Source: Sulfuricurvum sp.
GTDB taxonomy: Bacteria; Campylobacterota; Campylobacteria; Campylobacterales; Sulfurimonadaceae
Assembly (NCBI GenBank): GCA_041661705.1
Contig: JBAZTZ010000009.1
Span: 9,050-73,049, forward strand
Reading direction: 5' to 3'
Length of the DNA: 64,000 nt
Within the stretch, counting starts at the first letter, position 1, and every line of letters starts with the position of its first letter. Below the pieces are notes generated by a model. That model was given only the letters and a program-made list of their open reading frames with translations. It did no database searches and was not told the origin of the DNA. A program made the translations under genes and the position numbers. Shown piece by piece: positions 29,818-40,485 of this stretch.

Positions 29818-32381
29818 GAGGCAAATGCCCCTTTTTTGGGTCCCGATTTACCGCAGCAGTTTTTATATTTCTGTCCACTTCCACACGGACAATCATCATT
29901 ACGTGCAATTTTAGAGGATTCCAACTCTGATGGTGCACCCATAAGTGACATTTGAAGCTCTTCTTGTCGCTTTTCGATCTCCATTTGGTGCGCAAGCGCT
30001 TGAGCCTCTTCATCGATATTTTCCACTCTAAATTGAATAATATGAAGGGTTTTAATACTATCAAATTTAATCGTTGCAATAAGCTCCGTAAAAAGATTAA
30101 AACTCTCTTTTTTGTACTCTACTAGTGGATCTTTTTGATTATAAGCACGAAGACGAATCCCTGTTTTCATACTGTCCATTTGATACAGATGCTCTCTCCA
30201 CGCACTATCAAGAGTTTTAAGAATTATTTCACGCTCAATAGAGGAACGAGTAGCAGGATCAATTGGTGACATTTTCGCTTCATAATGGTTTTTAACATCA
30301 GCAAGTATACGATCAAAAACCATTTCGTATGTCATTTCATCCAAAAATTCCATATTGACATCAATATTAACATCTTCAATAATTCGTTTCTTTAGATGTT
30401 CAGTATCAATTTCTGCACTTGAAATACCGTTGTAAATACCACATTCACTTAATACTCTCTCAACATACTCAGCTCGATGGGAATCAATTTTACTCGTAAC
30501 ATCATACGCAGGGTCAAGAAGTTCATAGCGAAATTTATAGACGATTTTGCGTTGTTCATTGGCAACATCATCATATTCAACAATATGCTTACGCCCCTCA
30601 AAGTGCATATTCTCAACTTTCTTCTGCGCTTTTTCAACTGCACGGGTCACCATTGCCGATTCGATGTATTCACCATCCTCAACACCCAAACGCTCCATAA
30701 TCGCTTTGATCTTATCGGAACCAAAAATACGAAGGAGATTATCTTCTAAACTCAAATAAAACTGGCTCGTACCTGGATCACCCTGACGACCTGAACGCCC
30801 ACGAAGCTGGTTATCAATACGTCTGTTTTCATGACGCTCAGTTCCTAGGATATAAAGACCACCCAAGGCTTTTATCTCGTCACTCACTTTGATATCAACA
30901 CCACGTCCAGCCATATTGGTTGCGATGGTTACCGCACCTTTGGTTCCTGCGCTTTTGATAATCTCTGACTCTTGCGCATGATTTTTGGCATTGAGTACCG
31001 TATGAGGAATTTTTGCCTCTTTAATAAACTGATGAAGTTTTTCTGATTTTTCGATAGAAGCCGTTCCAATGAGAATCGGCTGCCCTGTTGCATTGAGTTC
31101 TTTGATTTTAGCAAGAACAGCGGCAAATTTTTCTTCTTCTGTTTTATAAATCAAATCGTTCAAATCTTTACGGATAACTTGAACATTGGTTGGGATAGAG
31201 ATAACATCAAGACTATAAATCTGAGCAAACTCTGTCGCTTCCGTTTGTGCTGTCCCCGTCATACCACCGATTTTAGTGTACATACGGAAATAATTCTGGA
31301 ACGTAATATCAGCAAGAGTTTGCGTCTCTTCTTTGATAATAACACCCTCTTTGGCTTCAAGTGCTTGATGTAACCCTTCTGAATAACGACGACCCTCTGA
31401 AAGACGACCCGTAAACTCATCAACGATAACAACTTGATCGCCTTGAAGAACATAATCGACATCACACTCAAAAATATAGTTGGCTTTAAGTGCTTGATCG
31501 AGATGATGGGAAAGAGAAGCATTCTCAACGCTGTAAATATTACCCACGGCAAAAAGTTCTTCCGCTCTCACAATCCCCTCTTCTGTAAGGAGAATAAGAC
31601 GATCTTTTTCATCAACGCTAAAATGTTCCTCACGAATCAAGGCTTTAGCAACCGCATCAGCACGGGTGTAGTTTTCCAAGGTTCGATTGGTAGGGCCTGA
31701 AATGATTAATGGTGTTCGTGCTTCATCAATCAAAATTGAATCAACTTCATCCACGATAACAAACGAGTGTCCACGTTGAACCATATGATCTTTCGTGTAA
31801 GTCATATTGTCACGAAGATAGTCAAACCCAAATTCATTATTGGTTCCGTAGGTAATATCAGCACCGTATTGAAGACGTTTATTGGCAGGATTATACTCAC
31901 CCTCCAAAACAATCCCTGTTTCATATCCGAGAAAAGCGTATAGAGCAGACATTTGTGCACCATCACGTGATGCCAAATAATCATTAACGGTTACAACGTG
32001 CACCCCTTTGCCACTCATGGCATTGAGGACAACGGCAAGGGTTGCCACGAGGGTTTTCCCCTCCCCTGTTTTCATCTCAGCAATACGCCCCTCGTGGAGC
32101 ACCATACCGCCAATAAGCTGTACATCAAAATGGCGCATACCAAGTACCCGCTTGCTAGCTTCTCGCGTTATCGCAAATGAATCAATCAATACATCATTTA
32201 ATGTTTTGGTTTCATTACGAACAGACTCTTTTAGAGTCGTAAAAACGTTTTGAAGTTCAGAGTCACTAAGTGCTGCGAAATGAGCTTCACGAGAATTGAT
32301 CTCCTCAACACGTTTCATATATTTTTTAACTTCACGATCATTTTGAGTTCCGAAAATTTTGCCTACGAGCGATTGGAGCAT
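29814..32381 (-). CDS. secA: Preprotein translocase subunit SecA
   Basis: [51 protein letters not shown]-terminal [13 protein letters not shown]. Confidence 0.99.
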   Translation of the reverse strand: MLQSLVGKIFGTQNDREVKKYMKRVEEINSREAHFAALSDSELQNVFTTLKESVRNETKTLNDVLIDSFAITREASKRVLGMRHFDVQLIGGMVLHEGRIAEMKTGEGKTLVATLAVVLNAMSGKGVHVVTVNDYLASRDGAQMSALYAFLGYETGIVLEGEYNPANKRLQYGADITYGTNNEFGFDYLRDNMTYTKDHMVQRGHSFVIVDEVDSILIDEARTPLIISGPTNRTLENYTRADAVAKALIREEHFSVDEKDRLILLTEEGIVRAEELFAVGNIYSVENASLSHHLDQALKANYIFECDVDYVLQGDQVVIVDEFTGRLSEGRRYSEGLHQALEAKEGVIIKEETQTLADITFQNYFRMYTKIGGMTGTAQTEATEFAQIYSLDVISIPTNVQVIRKDLNDLIYKTEEEKFAAVLAKIKELNATGQPILIGTASIEKSEKLHQFIKEAKIPHTVLNAKNHAQESEIIKSAGTKGAVTIATNMAGRGVDIKVSDEIKALGGLYILGTERHENRRIDNQLRGRSGRQGDPGTSQFYLSLEDNLLRIFGSDKIKAIMERLGVEDGEYIESAMVTRAVEKAQKKVENMHFEGRKHIVEYDDVANEQRKIVYKFRYELLDPAYDVTSKIDSHRAEYVERVLSECGIYNGISSAEIDTEHLKKRIIEDVNIDVNMEFLDEMTYEMVFDRILADVKNHYEAKMSPIDPATRSSIEREIILKTLDSAWREHLYQMDSMKTGIRLRAYNQKDPLVEYKKESFNLFTELIATIKFDSIKTLHIIQFRVENIDEEAQALAHQMEIEKRQEELQMSLMGAPSELESSKIARNDDCPCGSGQKYKNCCGKSGPKKGAFAS

Positions 32382-32406
32382 TGAAAGCCTTCAGTATGAG
32401 CTATTT

Positions 32407-32431
32407 ATTTTAACAGTTCTCGATTTTAACA
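32407..32431 (-). promoter_or_regulatory. Two tandem extended -10 boxes (TGTTAAAAT) upstream of secA
   Basis: ATTTTAACA occurs at 32407-32415 and 32423-32431. Confidence 0.45.
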
Positions 32432-32500
32432 TAGGAATACTATTGTTTTGGTTAATGAGGATTGGATACAATTCATAATCTATATTTCAGAAGGCTAATT

Positions 32501-33019
32501 GTGCGTTTTACCCCTCTCTTTTTTTTACTTTCTACCTTTTTGTTGGCTTCACCCAAGGAAATGAGTTCTTTTAACAGCTCATTTGAACAGCGTATTGTCG
32601 ATGAACACGGTAAAACTATCCTCTACAAAGGGGAACTTTGGGCAACAAAACCCCAAAATGCCCTTTGGCTTTACCAATCACCGATCCAAAAACGTGTTTA
32701 TATTAATGGCAAAGAGCTCACTATCGTTGAACCAGCCATCGAACAAGTAACTATTAAAACACTTGGTGGCGAAATTGATTTCCTAGAAATTCTTAAAAAA
32801 GCCAAAAAAGTGGATAATGACCATTATGCAACTACACTCAACGGAGTTACCTATACGATTATGTTTAAAAATGATAGCTTAAGCACTATTAGCTATAGCG
32901 ATAATTATGATAACCGCGTTACTATTAAATTCATAAATCCCTCCACCAATCAACCCATTGAATCAAAACGTTTTAAACCAACGTTTCCATCTGATTTTGA
33001 TGTACTTCGGGATCGATAA
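32501..33019 (+). CDS. lolA: Outer-membrane lipoprotein chaperone LolA
   Basis: Signal peptide, SF.Q..G..P...LW.Y..P.QK, EP.IEQV. Start placed at GTG 32501 after AGAAGG. Confidence 0.85.
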   Translation: MRFTPLFFLLSTFLLASPKEMSSFNSSFEQRIVDEHGKTILYKGELWATKPQNALWLYQSPIQKRVYINGKELTIVEPAIEQVTIKTLGGEIDFLEILKKAKKVDNDHYATTLNGVTYTIMFKNDSLSTISYSDNYDNRVTIKFINPSTNQPIESKRFKPTFPSDFDVLRDR

Positions 33020-33020
33020 A

Positions 33021-33449
33021 ATGGCAATCCTTGAACTTGATAATCGAACGAATGAAAATTGTACCATTACTCTTTTAGAGCAAATAGCCAATGCCCTTAG
33101 TACGAAAGAAATTGAACTTATCCTTACCGATAATGATGAAATCGCTAAGATTAATCATGATTTTAGAGGGATTGATAAACCTACCGATGTCCTTAGTTTC
33201 CCAAGTGACCCTTTTCCTCACGCTCCCTTGGGAAGTATTATTATTAGCATGGATAAGGTCAATGAGGTAGCACGCGACTTGGGACACAGTAGCGATAATG
33301 AACTTGCGCTACTCTTCATTCATGGGATGCTTCATTTATTGGGAATGGATCATGAGGTGGATCAGGGGGAAATGCGAGTTCGCGAGGGTGAGCTTGTAGA
33401 ACAGTTTAATCTTCCGAAAAGTCTAATAGTAAGAACTTTAGAAGAGTAA
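33021..33449 (+). CDS. ybeY: rRNA maturation endoribonuclease YbeY
   Basis: DKPTDVLSFP and HGMLHLLGMDH metal-binding signature. Start placed at ATG 33021. Confidence 0.95.
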   Translation: MAILELDNRTNENCTITLLEQIANALSTKEIELILTDNDEIAKINHDFRGIDKPTDVLSFPSDPFPHAPLGSIIISMDKVNEVARDLGHSSDNELALLFIHGMLHLLGMDHEVDQGEMRVREGELVEQFNLPKSLIVRTLEE

Positions 33450-33471
33450 GCCCTCTCTTCACTCTTAAGCT

Positions 33472-35259
33472 TTACCGCTTAATATAGCCCAAATCGTCCA
33501 GCTTATTGTAAATTCCAGAGACAATCCCTCCAGCTGCTTCTCCTCCATGTCCTCCATGTTCGATCAGTACAGTAACAATAAATTGTGGATTTTCAGCAGG
33601 GCCATACGTCGTAAACCATGCGTGAGAACGTTTTAGATACTCCATACTTTGCTCATCAAGACGATTTTTAACATTTTGAGCGATACCAGATGTTTGTGCT
33701 GTCCCTGTTTTACCAGCGATAGGGAAACGAGTAGAGATATGACTACTTGCCGTTCCCCCTTTGTCATTACAAACCGATTTCATAGCATCTTGAATAATAG
33801 GAAGCTTACTCTTTTCAATCGCAGTGAGAACATCTTGCGGGGTAGGTGCCACCGCTTTAGACCCTATCTTATACGCAATATGAGGGATGGGAAGCTTCCC
33901 TGTCGCCATCAATGCTGTAAATCGCGCAATCTGAATCGGAGTTGTCAAAAAATTTCCTTGTCCAATGGAGGTATTGAGCGTCTCACCACGATACCATGGC
34001 TCTTTAAACTTCTCTCTTTTCCACTCACGACTGGGAACCGTACCAATGAATTCATTAGGAAGATCAATATTTGATTTTTCTCCCAATCCCATCCGAACCA
34101 TTCCACGACTCATACGCTCGATACCAACTTCTAAGCTTCCCTTATAAAAATAATCGTCACAACTTTGGGTAATCGCTTTATGAATACTGACCTCCCCATG
34201 CCCATGTTTGTTCCAACAGCGAAAAGAACGATTTCCCAATCGAAAGGTTCCCGTACAGTTGACAGTAGAATTTTCATTCAGAACACCTGAAGTAATATAC
34301 AATAACCCCATTCCCGGTTTGATCGTCGATCCAGGGGGATAAAGCCCATTGAGAATTTTATTGGTAAAAGGGGCATCAACGCTATTAATCAAATAATTCC
34401 ACTGTTCACTACTTACCCCCTCTACGAAGGAATTCAAATCGTACTCAGGAAAACTTCCCGCTGCATAAATCGCCCCATTAGTATCCATAACAACAATTGC
34501 TCCGACATTGCCTTTGAAAGCAGTACCGATATACTCTTGAAGACGCATATCCAAATTGAGGGTAAGATTATGATTCTCTTCCGTTGCACTATGGCTTATC
34601 TCCTCAATTTCAACATTATGTGCGTTCACTTTGATATGCCGTTCCCCTGCTAAACCTTGAAGATAAGTGTTATAATATTTCTCAATACCACTTTTACCAA
34701 CATGACCCAAAAGCTGTAGGAGTGAATTTCCCTCGACCTCTTTTTGATTTGCCCGTGCGACATACCCAATAAGATGCGATGCTACATTTCCATAGGGATA
34801 AAGTCGTTTCGGCGAGGGAGAAATCTCAATACTCTCACGTAAATTCATTAAGGCGTACAGAGGTAACATCGTTTCATGAGGAATATATTCGACAACGTCT
34901 ATAAAATTATGGTTGTAATAGGAATCCTCTTGTTTATACGTTTTAGCTATTTTTTTCCCATCAAGGGTAGGAATCATATAGAGAAGATAGGCTATTTCAG
35001 TATCAAGCAAGTGAGTATCTTTGCCTTTGGTCAAATGAGGGGCAAGAGCTATTTTGAAGCCCAATTCATTAATAGCAATAGGTTCCCCATTACGATCAAG
35101 TATTTCGCCTCGTACGGGGGGTGAGAGTTCTGTTTTAAGGCTATTGCGTTGTGATAATATCTCGTAATGCTCATTGGACTGTATCGCAAGATGAAACACA
35201 CGGACGATCAGCGATACCCAAATAAGAGCAAAAAAGGTCAATAATATCTTAAGCTTCAT
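33472..35259 (-). CDS. mrdA: Penicillin-binding protein 2
   Basis: N-terminal TM, P.RG.ILDRNG, PGSTIK (SxxK), SCDDYFY, KTGTAQ. Confidence 0.96.
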   Translation of the reverse strand: MKLKILLTFFALIWVSLIVRVFHLAIQSNEHYEILSQRNSLKTELSPPVRGEILDRNGEPIAINELGFKIALAPHLTKGKDTHLLDTEIAYLLYMIPTLDGKKIAKTYKQEDSYYNHNFIDVVEYIPHETMLPLYALMNLRESIEISPSPKRLYPYGNVASHLIGYVARANQKEVEGNSLLQLLGHVGKSGIEKYYNTYLQGLAGERHIKVNAHNVEIEEISHSATEENHNLTLNLDMRLQEYIGTAFKGNVGAIVVMDTNGAIYAAGSFPEYDLNSFVEGVSSEQWNYLINSVDAPFTNKILNGLYPPGSTIKPGMGLLYITSGVLNENSTVNCTGTFRLGNRSFRCWNKHGHGEVSIHKAITQSCDDYFYKGSLEVGIERMSRGMVRMGLGEKSNIDLPNEFIGTVPSREWKREKFKEPWYRGETLNTSIGQGNFLTTPIQIARFTALMATGKLPIPHIAYKIGSKAVAPTPQDVLTAIEKSKLPIIQDAMKSVCNDKGGTASSHISTRFPIAGKTGTAQTSGIAQNVKNRLDEQSMEYLKRSHAWFTTYGPAENPQFIVTVLIEHGGHGGEAAGGIVSGIYNKLDDLGYIKR

Positions 35260-35711
35260 CCAAAAATCGCAATCAACGCAAATTCAATCGGCATATAAAA
35301 AAGAATATGCCAATCCAAAGAGGGTATTTGAAGTAATAATACGCTGTTAATCATCCAAATAAACCCCCAATATCCGATATACGCCAAAAGTACAAAAATA
35401 CCTTTAATGCAGATCGTACAACGCATAGTTTGCTCTAGTTTTGGCATTAGGTAATGGCTTATAAGAGTAAAAAAAAGAATTGAACTTCCAAACCAATACC
35501 CTTTTTCTGCCTCTAACATCAAAAACATAATTGAAAAAACAATTAAACTTCCCAGATCATGACGAAGTAATGTTCGGTAAAACAAAAATCCCAAAAGGGC
35601 GAACATCGGAGGTAAAAAGAGATATATACTGCTTAACGCACTGTAAATTCCAAAAGCAATGAGTCCAAAAAGATGACTCAGAGCATTTTGATAAGTGAGA
35701 CTTCGTTGCAT
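35256..35711 (-). CDS. Polytopic membrane protein, MreD-like by position and hydrophobicity
   Basis: About five hydrophobic segments. Stop overlaps the mrdA ATG (ATGA). Start placed at ATG 35711 (MQRSL). Confidence 0.7.
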   Translation of the reverse strand: MQRSLTYQNALSHLFGLIAFGIYSALSSIYLFLPPMFALLGFLFYRTLLRHDLGSLIVFSIMFLMLEAEKGYWFGSSILFFTLISHYLMPKLEQTMRCTICIKGIFVLLAYIGYWGFIWMINSVLLLQIPSLDWHILFYMPIEFALIAIFG

Positions 35712-36142
35712 ATAGGAAAATGTTTGCATTTAATGCAGTCCGCCCAAATTTTATGTTCAGGAATGGACTCTTTTGGGATTTCAATAAAACCCAAATTCTC
35801 AAAAAAACGTTGTTGATAGGTCAGGACTAAAATCTCATGTAACCCAAGTACAACCCCTTCTTGACACGCTTTATCAACCAAAGTACTTCCAATATTGCAT
35901 CCACGATATTCTGAATCGACGATCATAGAGCGGATCTCTGCAAGATTAGGAGAGTGGATATGAAGTGCACAAAAACCAACCAGCATCTCACCTTCCATTG
36001 CCACAATATAAGACCGAATATTGGTCGCAATCTCATCATCACTACGTGCTAAAATAACACCACTTTCTATTTCAGGAGCGACAAGTTGCTTCATCGCAGG
36101 AATATCAGCAAGCGTTGGTTTCCTATACGTTATTTCTCGCAC
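35678..36142 (-). CDS. GNAT N-acetyltransferase, short ArgA (N-acetylglutamate synthase)-like
   Basis: ILARSDDEI, AEIRS..V...YRG.NIG, F.NLGF, C-terminal KIWADCIKCKHFPIC. Confidence 0.75.
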   Translation of the reverse strand: MREITYRKPTLADIPAMKQLVAPEIESGVILARSDDEIATNIRSYIVAMEGEMLVGFCALHIHSPNLAEIRSMIVDSEYRGCNIGSTLVDKACQEGVVLGLHEILVLTYQQRFFENLGFIEIPKESIPEHKIWADCIKCKHFPICNEVSLIKML

Positions 36143-36750
36143 AAATCTTCTCCTCGAAGCATGCCATAGAGAGTTGAGACTATTTTATCGACCCCGCGTC
36201 GCTTACTATTGGAGATCATTAATGCATCGGGAAACCGTTTTTTAAGAACAGAGAGCTCTTTTTGGTTGAGCTTATCAATCTTAGTATAAACCTGTACAAT
36301 ATGTTGTTCAGGAGTACAAATCTCACGCAAATACTCTCCTACTGAAACATCAATAGCTAAATCAGGGTGACGGCAATCGATCAAATGAACAAAAACACGA
36401 ATTTGCTTCCGTTCAGAGACAAAATTCGTCAAGTTGCTCTCCCAATCACTTTTAAGAGATTTTGCAACTTTAGCGTAGCCAAATCCGGGAAGATCGACCA
36501 AAACAGCACTCAGTTTTTCTCCCGATTCCCGATCCATAAACACTACATCAAAATAGTTAATCAAACGCGTTTTCCCTGGCGTTGATGAAACTTTTGCTAA
36601 CGATTTACGCTGTGTTAAGGTATTTAGAAGGGAACTTTTCCCTGTATTGGAACGTGCCATAAACGCTACTTCATTTTGAAACTCATTCTCCGGAGCAAGA
36701 CGAATTGTCGGGGCGGAGGTGAGAAATGCGGAATCAATAATTTCAATCAT
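36130..36750 (-). CDS. engB: Ribosome biogenesis GTPase YihA/EngB
   Basis: ARSNTGKSS (G1), SSTPGKT, DLPGFGYA, TKIDK. Confidence 0.95.
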   Translation of the reverse strand: MIEIIDSAFLTSAPTIRLAPENEFQNEVAFMARSNTGKSSLLNTLTQRKSLAKVSSTPGKTRLINYFDVVFMDRESGEKLSAVLVDLPGFGYAKVAKSLKSDWESNLTNFVSERKQIRVFVHLIDCRHPDLAIDVSVGEYLREICTPEQHIVQVYTKIDKLNQKELSVLKKRFPDALMISNSKRRGVDKIVSTLYGMLRGEDLCEK

Positions 36751-37238
36751 TTTTTAGATCCTTTCTTAGTCTCTTTTTTATCGTCTAATGTAAATATCAT
36801 AACAACGGGTTCATCTCCAATACTGTCAGCATTGGCAAACCCTTTCTCTTCATTGAGCACCACTTTATCCCCTTTGATCCGTCGATAATCATCAAGTCGT
36901 ATCAAATCCACTTTTTTACTAAATTGGTACTCACTATCATTGGGCAAATACACCGCCATTTGTGACTTACCACGGTATCTCTCTTTTATTTCGGTCACAA
37001 TATAAAAAGAAACATCCCCTTCTGCTACATATTTAATGGGTTTTCGAGCAGTATCTGTATAAATTGTCACCTTAGAGGCGTTCAGTTCATCAGACCCTTT
37101 CGTTACTTTTACATTTCCTGTAAAAACAGAAATTCCTTTGGATTGATCCCCTTTGAAATTATCAGAAATAATTTTAAGTTCTTCTGCAGAGGATGCAAGG
37201 AGTCCAAAGGTGAGTAAAAATACTAAGTGTTTTATCAT
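36747..37238 (-). CDS. lptA: LPS transport periplasmic protein LptA
   Basis: Signal peptide, FTGNVKVTKGSDEL.A beta-jellyroll pattern, position downstream of kdsC-lptC. Confidence 0.85.
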   Translation of the reverse strand: MIKHLVFLLTFGLLASSAEELKIISDNFKGDQSKGISVFTGNVKVTKGSDELNASKVTIYTDTARKPIKYVAEGDVSFYIVTEIKERYRGKSQMAVYLPNDSEYQFSKKVDLIRLDDYRRIKGDKVVLNEEKGFANADSIGDEPVVMIFTLDDKKETKKGSKK

Positions 37239-37246
37239 TAATTATC

Positions 37247-37756
37247 CTAATTTAGTTGATAGCTTCCGCGAACTTTATCTGCCGATACAGTATCTAAATT
37301 GACATTGTAATCAAGATGTGTTCCATCCACTTTATTCCCGTCTTTGGTGAGGACAAATGCCCTTTTCGTCTGAATACGAGAGGAGTTTTGATCGTATGTC
37401 CCCTCGGATGAACGAAATTGAAATCCATCTTCACGAACATAATGAACATTCCCATCCAGTGAAATCAAATTTCCCTTGTATAATGCAGTATCCGCACGAA
37501 TGGATTCGAGCATCGTTTTTGCATTATTGGTGAACTTTGCATCGCTAATCTCATAACGATCTACAAAATGCTTACCGTGTGCCCCTTCAAAAAAACGATC
37601 AATTTTAACACGGTTAATCTCATAAATAACAAATTGCTCCAGCTCAAATTGTGGAACTTCTTGCGTTAAATATTCTTCTCGCACTTGAGGTTTAAAATAA
37701 CTAAACATCCCCAATAGAAGAGCTAAAATAAGAAAAAAAAATCCGTTAATCGACAT
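37247..37756 (-). CDS. lptC: LPS export protein LptC-like
   Basis: Single N-terminal TM helix followed by beta-strand repeats (L.GNV.Y), between kdsC and lptA. Confidence 0.75.
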   Translation of the reverse strand: MSINGFFFLILALLLGMFSYFKPQVREEYLTQEVPQFELEQFVIYEINRVKIDRFFEGAHGKHFVDRYEISDAKFTNNAKTMLESIRADTALYKGNLISLDGNVHYVREDGFQFRSSEGTYDQNSSRIQTKRAFVLTKDGNKVDGTHLDYNVNLDTVSADKVRGSYQLN

Positions 37757-38248
37757 TTAAATCCATAAGTTGAGAAAACGCTCTTCATCCCCATTGGCAA
37801 TAAGGATTTTTTCAATCATCTCACGCACACACGCATCTCCGCCTTTGCGCTCCAATAATTGCGCAACTGGCTTAAGATACTCTGACGCATCATTAGGGAT
37901 AAACGCCATACCCACCCACTGTAAGAGACGGTAATCATTCAAATCATCTCCGATTGCAGCGACCTCTTCCGCACGTATATTCAGCTGCTGACAAAGTTTC
38001 TCTGCGACGGCCTGCTTATCTTTTACCCCTTGAAAAAGGTAGAGAATGTCAAGTTCTTTGGCTCTAAGCTCCACGATTGTTGAATCACGCCCCGTAATAA
38101 TAGCGACAGTGTACCCCATTTTTGCCAACGTTTTAATCGCAAATCCATCTCGTACGTTAAAACTTTTGAGTTCAATCCCATCGTGGGTATACGTAATCTT
38201 CCCATCGCTCAAACATCCATCGACATCCAAGAATATAAGCCTAATCAT
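37757..38248 (-). CDS. kdsC: KDO 8-phosphate phosphatase (HAD family)
   Basis: DVDGCLSDG, FNVRDG, AIITGR, IGDDLND. Confidence 0.95.
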   Translation of the reverse strand: MIRLIFLDVDGCLSDGKITYTHDGIELKSFNVRDGFAIKTLAKMGYTVAIITGRDSTIVELRAKELDILYLFQGVKDKQAVAEKLCQQLNIRAEEVAAIGDDLNDYRLLQWVGMAFIPNDASEYLKPVAQLLERKGGDACVREMIEKILIANGDEERFLNLWI

Positions 38249-38814
38249 AAAACGCCTTTGGTGCTAGGTATCCCTCGATCGTTTCGTACCAATGCACGTC
38301 GAAGTGCCACAGCAAACGCTTTGAAAGCCGCTTCGATAATATGGTGCTTATTGCGACCACGTTGCATAATAATATGGGCACTGATTCCTGCCCCAAATAC
38401 CACTGCACGGAAAAATTCTTCTACGAGTTCGGTATCAAACTGACCTACTTTTCCCTCAACGTCCAATTCGCATACTAAAAAAGAACGATTACTGAGATCC
38501 ATATCGCAACTCACGGCTGCTTCATCCATGACAACGACAGCATTACCAAATCTCTCAACCGATTGGATAGGAAAAATAGCTTCACGTAGTGCTTGTCCTA
38601 GAACAATCCCAACATCCTCAACGCTGTGATGATCATCAATGTGAGTATCACCCACGCAATGAATGTCTAAATCCATCCATGAATGTTTCGCAAAACTTTC
38701 CAACATGTGATCCAAAAAGCCAACACCCGTTGATATCGTGCTCTTCCCTTCTCCATAAAGACTGAGGGTAAGGGTAATATTAGTTTCTTTAGTTTGTCGG
38801 CTCTTTTTAATCAT
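38245..38814 (-). CDS. hisB: Imidazoleglycerol-phosphate dehydratase
   Basis: RQTKET, DDHHSVED, MDEA, NKHHIIEAAFKA, PSTKG. Start placed at ATG 38814. Confidence 0.97.
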   Translation of the reverse strand: MIKKSRQTKETNITLTLSLYGEGKSTISTGVGFLDHMLESFAKHSWMDLDIHCVGDTHIDDHHSVEDVGIVLGQALREAIFPIQSVERFGNAVVVMDEAAVSCDMDLSNRSFLVCELDVEGKVGQFDTELVEEFFRAVVFGAGISAHIIMQRGRNKHHIIEAAFKAFAVALRRALVRNDRGIPSTKGVL

Positions 38815-38815
38815 C

Positions 38816-39625
38816 TCATTCCCTTGTGATAAATTGTCCATCAAAATAGTCTTTACTAGTAAAGTCGCGAGCTTCCGCTTCACTTCTAAATCCACGCATC
38901 CAAACGCGATATAATCGGTCGTTATTATACTGAGAATCTTTTATGATTGAGGTGTATCCATGAAAACTAGCATACTTTTTTTGAGTCTCTATCGCTCCAC
39001 TTATATTAGCAAATGCTCCTATTTGAACGGCAAAAGAGTTGAGTATCTCTTGTCTAGGACCCTTCGCCATTGCGGTATAATCGATGATTTTGGATTCCGT
39101 AGGCTCAAATCCTAACACTTCCAACTTGACAGATGCACTTCCTCGACCTACCAATCCGATTGATTTGGCACTAGCAAACGATAAATCGATAATGCGACTC
39201 TCTACAAATGGTCCACGATCATTAATACGAACAACGGTTTGTTGACTATTATCTAAATTGGTAACTCGAACCACGGTGTTCATTGGTAAAGTTTTATGAG
39301 CTGCTGTCATGGCATACATATCATACCCTTCCCCACTGGATGTTGATTTTCCATGAAAATCCGCCCCATACCAACTTGCACGACCCGAAAAGCTATCTCC
39401 AACGCTAACAACGGTTGGATAATACTCTTTTCCTAATACCGTATAGGGTCGCATTGATGCAATGGATTCACCGTTCTTTTTCGTAAGATTTGAAGGAGAG
39501 CTATTTAAAACATCGGAAGGAAATTTTTTGGATGACTTAGTAGGCTGATAGGAATACGACCCTTTGTACGTCGTACATCCACTGATCATAAGGATCAATA
39601 TACTTAGAATAATTTTAATCTTCAA
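38816..39625 (-). CDS. rlpA: Septal ring lytic transglycosylase RlpA lipoprotein (DPBB + SPOR)
   Basis: Lipobox ISGC, GRASWYG, TAAHKTLP, INDRGPF, C-terminal SPOR (VQIGAF). Confidence 0.94.
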   Translation of the reverse strand: MKIKIILSILILMISGCTTYKGSYSYQPTKSSKKFPSDVLNSSPSNLTKKNGESIASMRPYTVLGKEYYPTVVSVGDSFSGRASWYGADFHGKSTSSGEGYDMYAMTAAHKTLPMNTVVRVTNLDNSQQTVVRINDRGPFVESRIIDLSFASAKSIGLVGRGSASVKLEVLGFEPTESKIIDYTAMAKGPRQEILNSFAVQIGAFANISGAIETQKKYASFHGYTSIIKDSQYNNDRLYRVWMRGFRSEAEARDFTSKDYFDGQFITRE

Positions 39626-39654
39626 GCCTCATCCCCTTCTCTAGTTAGAACATA

Positions 39655-39660
39655 ATTGTA
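39655..39660 (-). promoter_or_regulatory. Candidate -10 box (GGTACAAT) for rlpA, flanked by two TTAGAAC direct repeats
   Basis: TACAAT about 30 bp upstream of the TTG start. TTAGAAC at about 39645 and 39665 on the plus strand. Confidence 0.35.
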
Positions 39661-39684
39661 CCGTTTTAGAACTGAAACCCGAGG

Positions 39685-40485
39685 CTATTTTTTGATAAAT
39701 GACCCCTTTGTTAACCCTCCAAAAAGTCGAAAAGCGTTATCTGTACTCAATCGAGTAATCTCATCAATAGGTAGTTTTAAAATCTGCGCCATTTTATCCG
39801 CCACCAATGCAGTATAAGCAGGCTCGTTGCGTGATCCTCTATGCGGATGTGGAGTCAAATAAGGTCCATCTGTTTCAATAACTAATTTATCCAATGGGAT
39901 ACGAGGGAGGATATTGACCAACTTTTTAGCATTTTGGAAGGTCACTACACCACCAATCCCAAAATAGAAATTATCATTTGCAAGCGAAAGCAACTCATCA
40001 TCTGCATTGTAACAGTGAAGGACTCCCCCCACTTCACCTGCATTCTCCTCCAGAAGAATCATCTTAGCGTCATGACTTGCATCTCGTATATGGACGATGA
40101 GCGGTTTGTTAACCTTTTTAGCCAAACGTATTTGCGTTCGAAAAGCGTTCTCTTGCCGTTGCTTTTCAGCTAATTTTTCGTCTTCAGATCCCTCAAGACG
40201 AAAATAATCCATTCCGCATTCTCCGATAGCAACACATTTTGGGTGCGCGGCATAGTGTTCAAAATCAAGTCCATCCAAGCCTTCTAAATCATACGGGTGA
40301 ACCCCTACAGCAAAATAAATATTAGCGTACTGTTCGGATAATTCTACGGCGCGAGGAAGTGTTGAAGGGTGTGCCCCTGGAATAATAAACGCCTCCACTC
40401 CTGCATTGTACGCACGTTGGAGCATCTCTTCAAAATCGTCTTTGTATCGTTCATCATCAAGGTGAACGTGGGTATCTATAATCAT
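39685..40485 (-). CDS. tatD: TatD-family nuclease/hydrolase
   Basis: IDTHVH, GVHP, IGECGMD, VHIRDA, VLHCY, ETDGPYLTP. Confidence 0.95.
   Translation of the reverse strand: MIIDTHVHLDDERYKDDFEEMLQRAYNAGVEAFIIPGAHPSTLPRAVELSEQYANIYFAVGVHPYDLEGLDGLDFEHYAAHPKCVAIGECGMDYFRLEGSEDEKLAEKQRQENAFRTQIRLAKKVNKPLIVHIRDASHDAKMILLEENAGEVGGVLHCYNADDELLSLANDNFYFGIGGVVTFQNAKKLVNILPRIPLDKLVIETDGPYLTPHPHRGSRNEPAYTALVADKMAQILKLPIDEITRLSTDNAFRLFGGLTKGSFIKK

Noticed and set aside
37733-37741. A9/T9 homopolymer near the lptC start (also A8 runs near 9566 and 35469) as phase-variation tracts
   Set aside because: They are in frame (Phe codons), A/T rather than the poly-G/C typical of Campylobacterota phase variation, and lptC is probably essential. 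I saw no G/C run of 8 or more.
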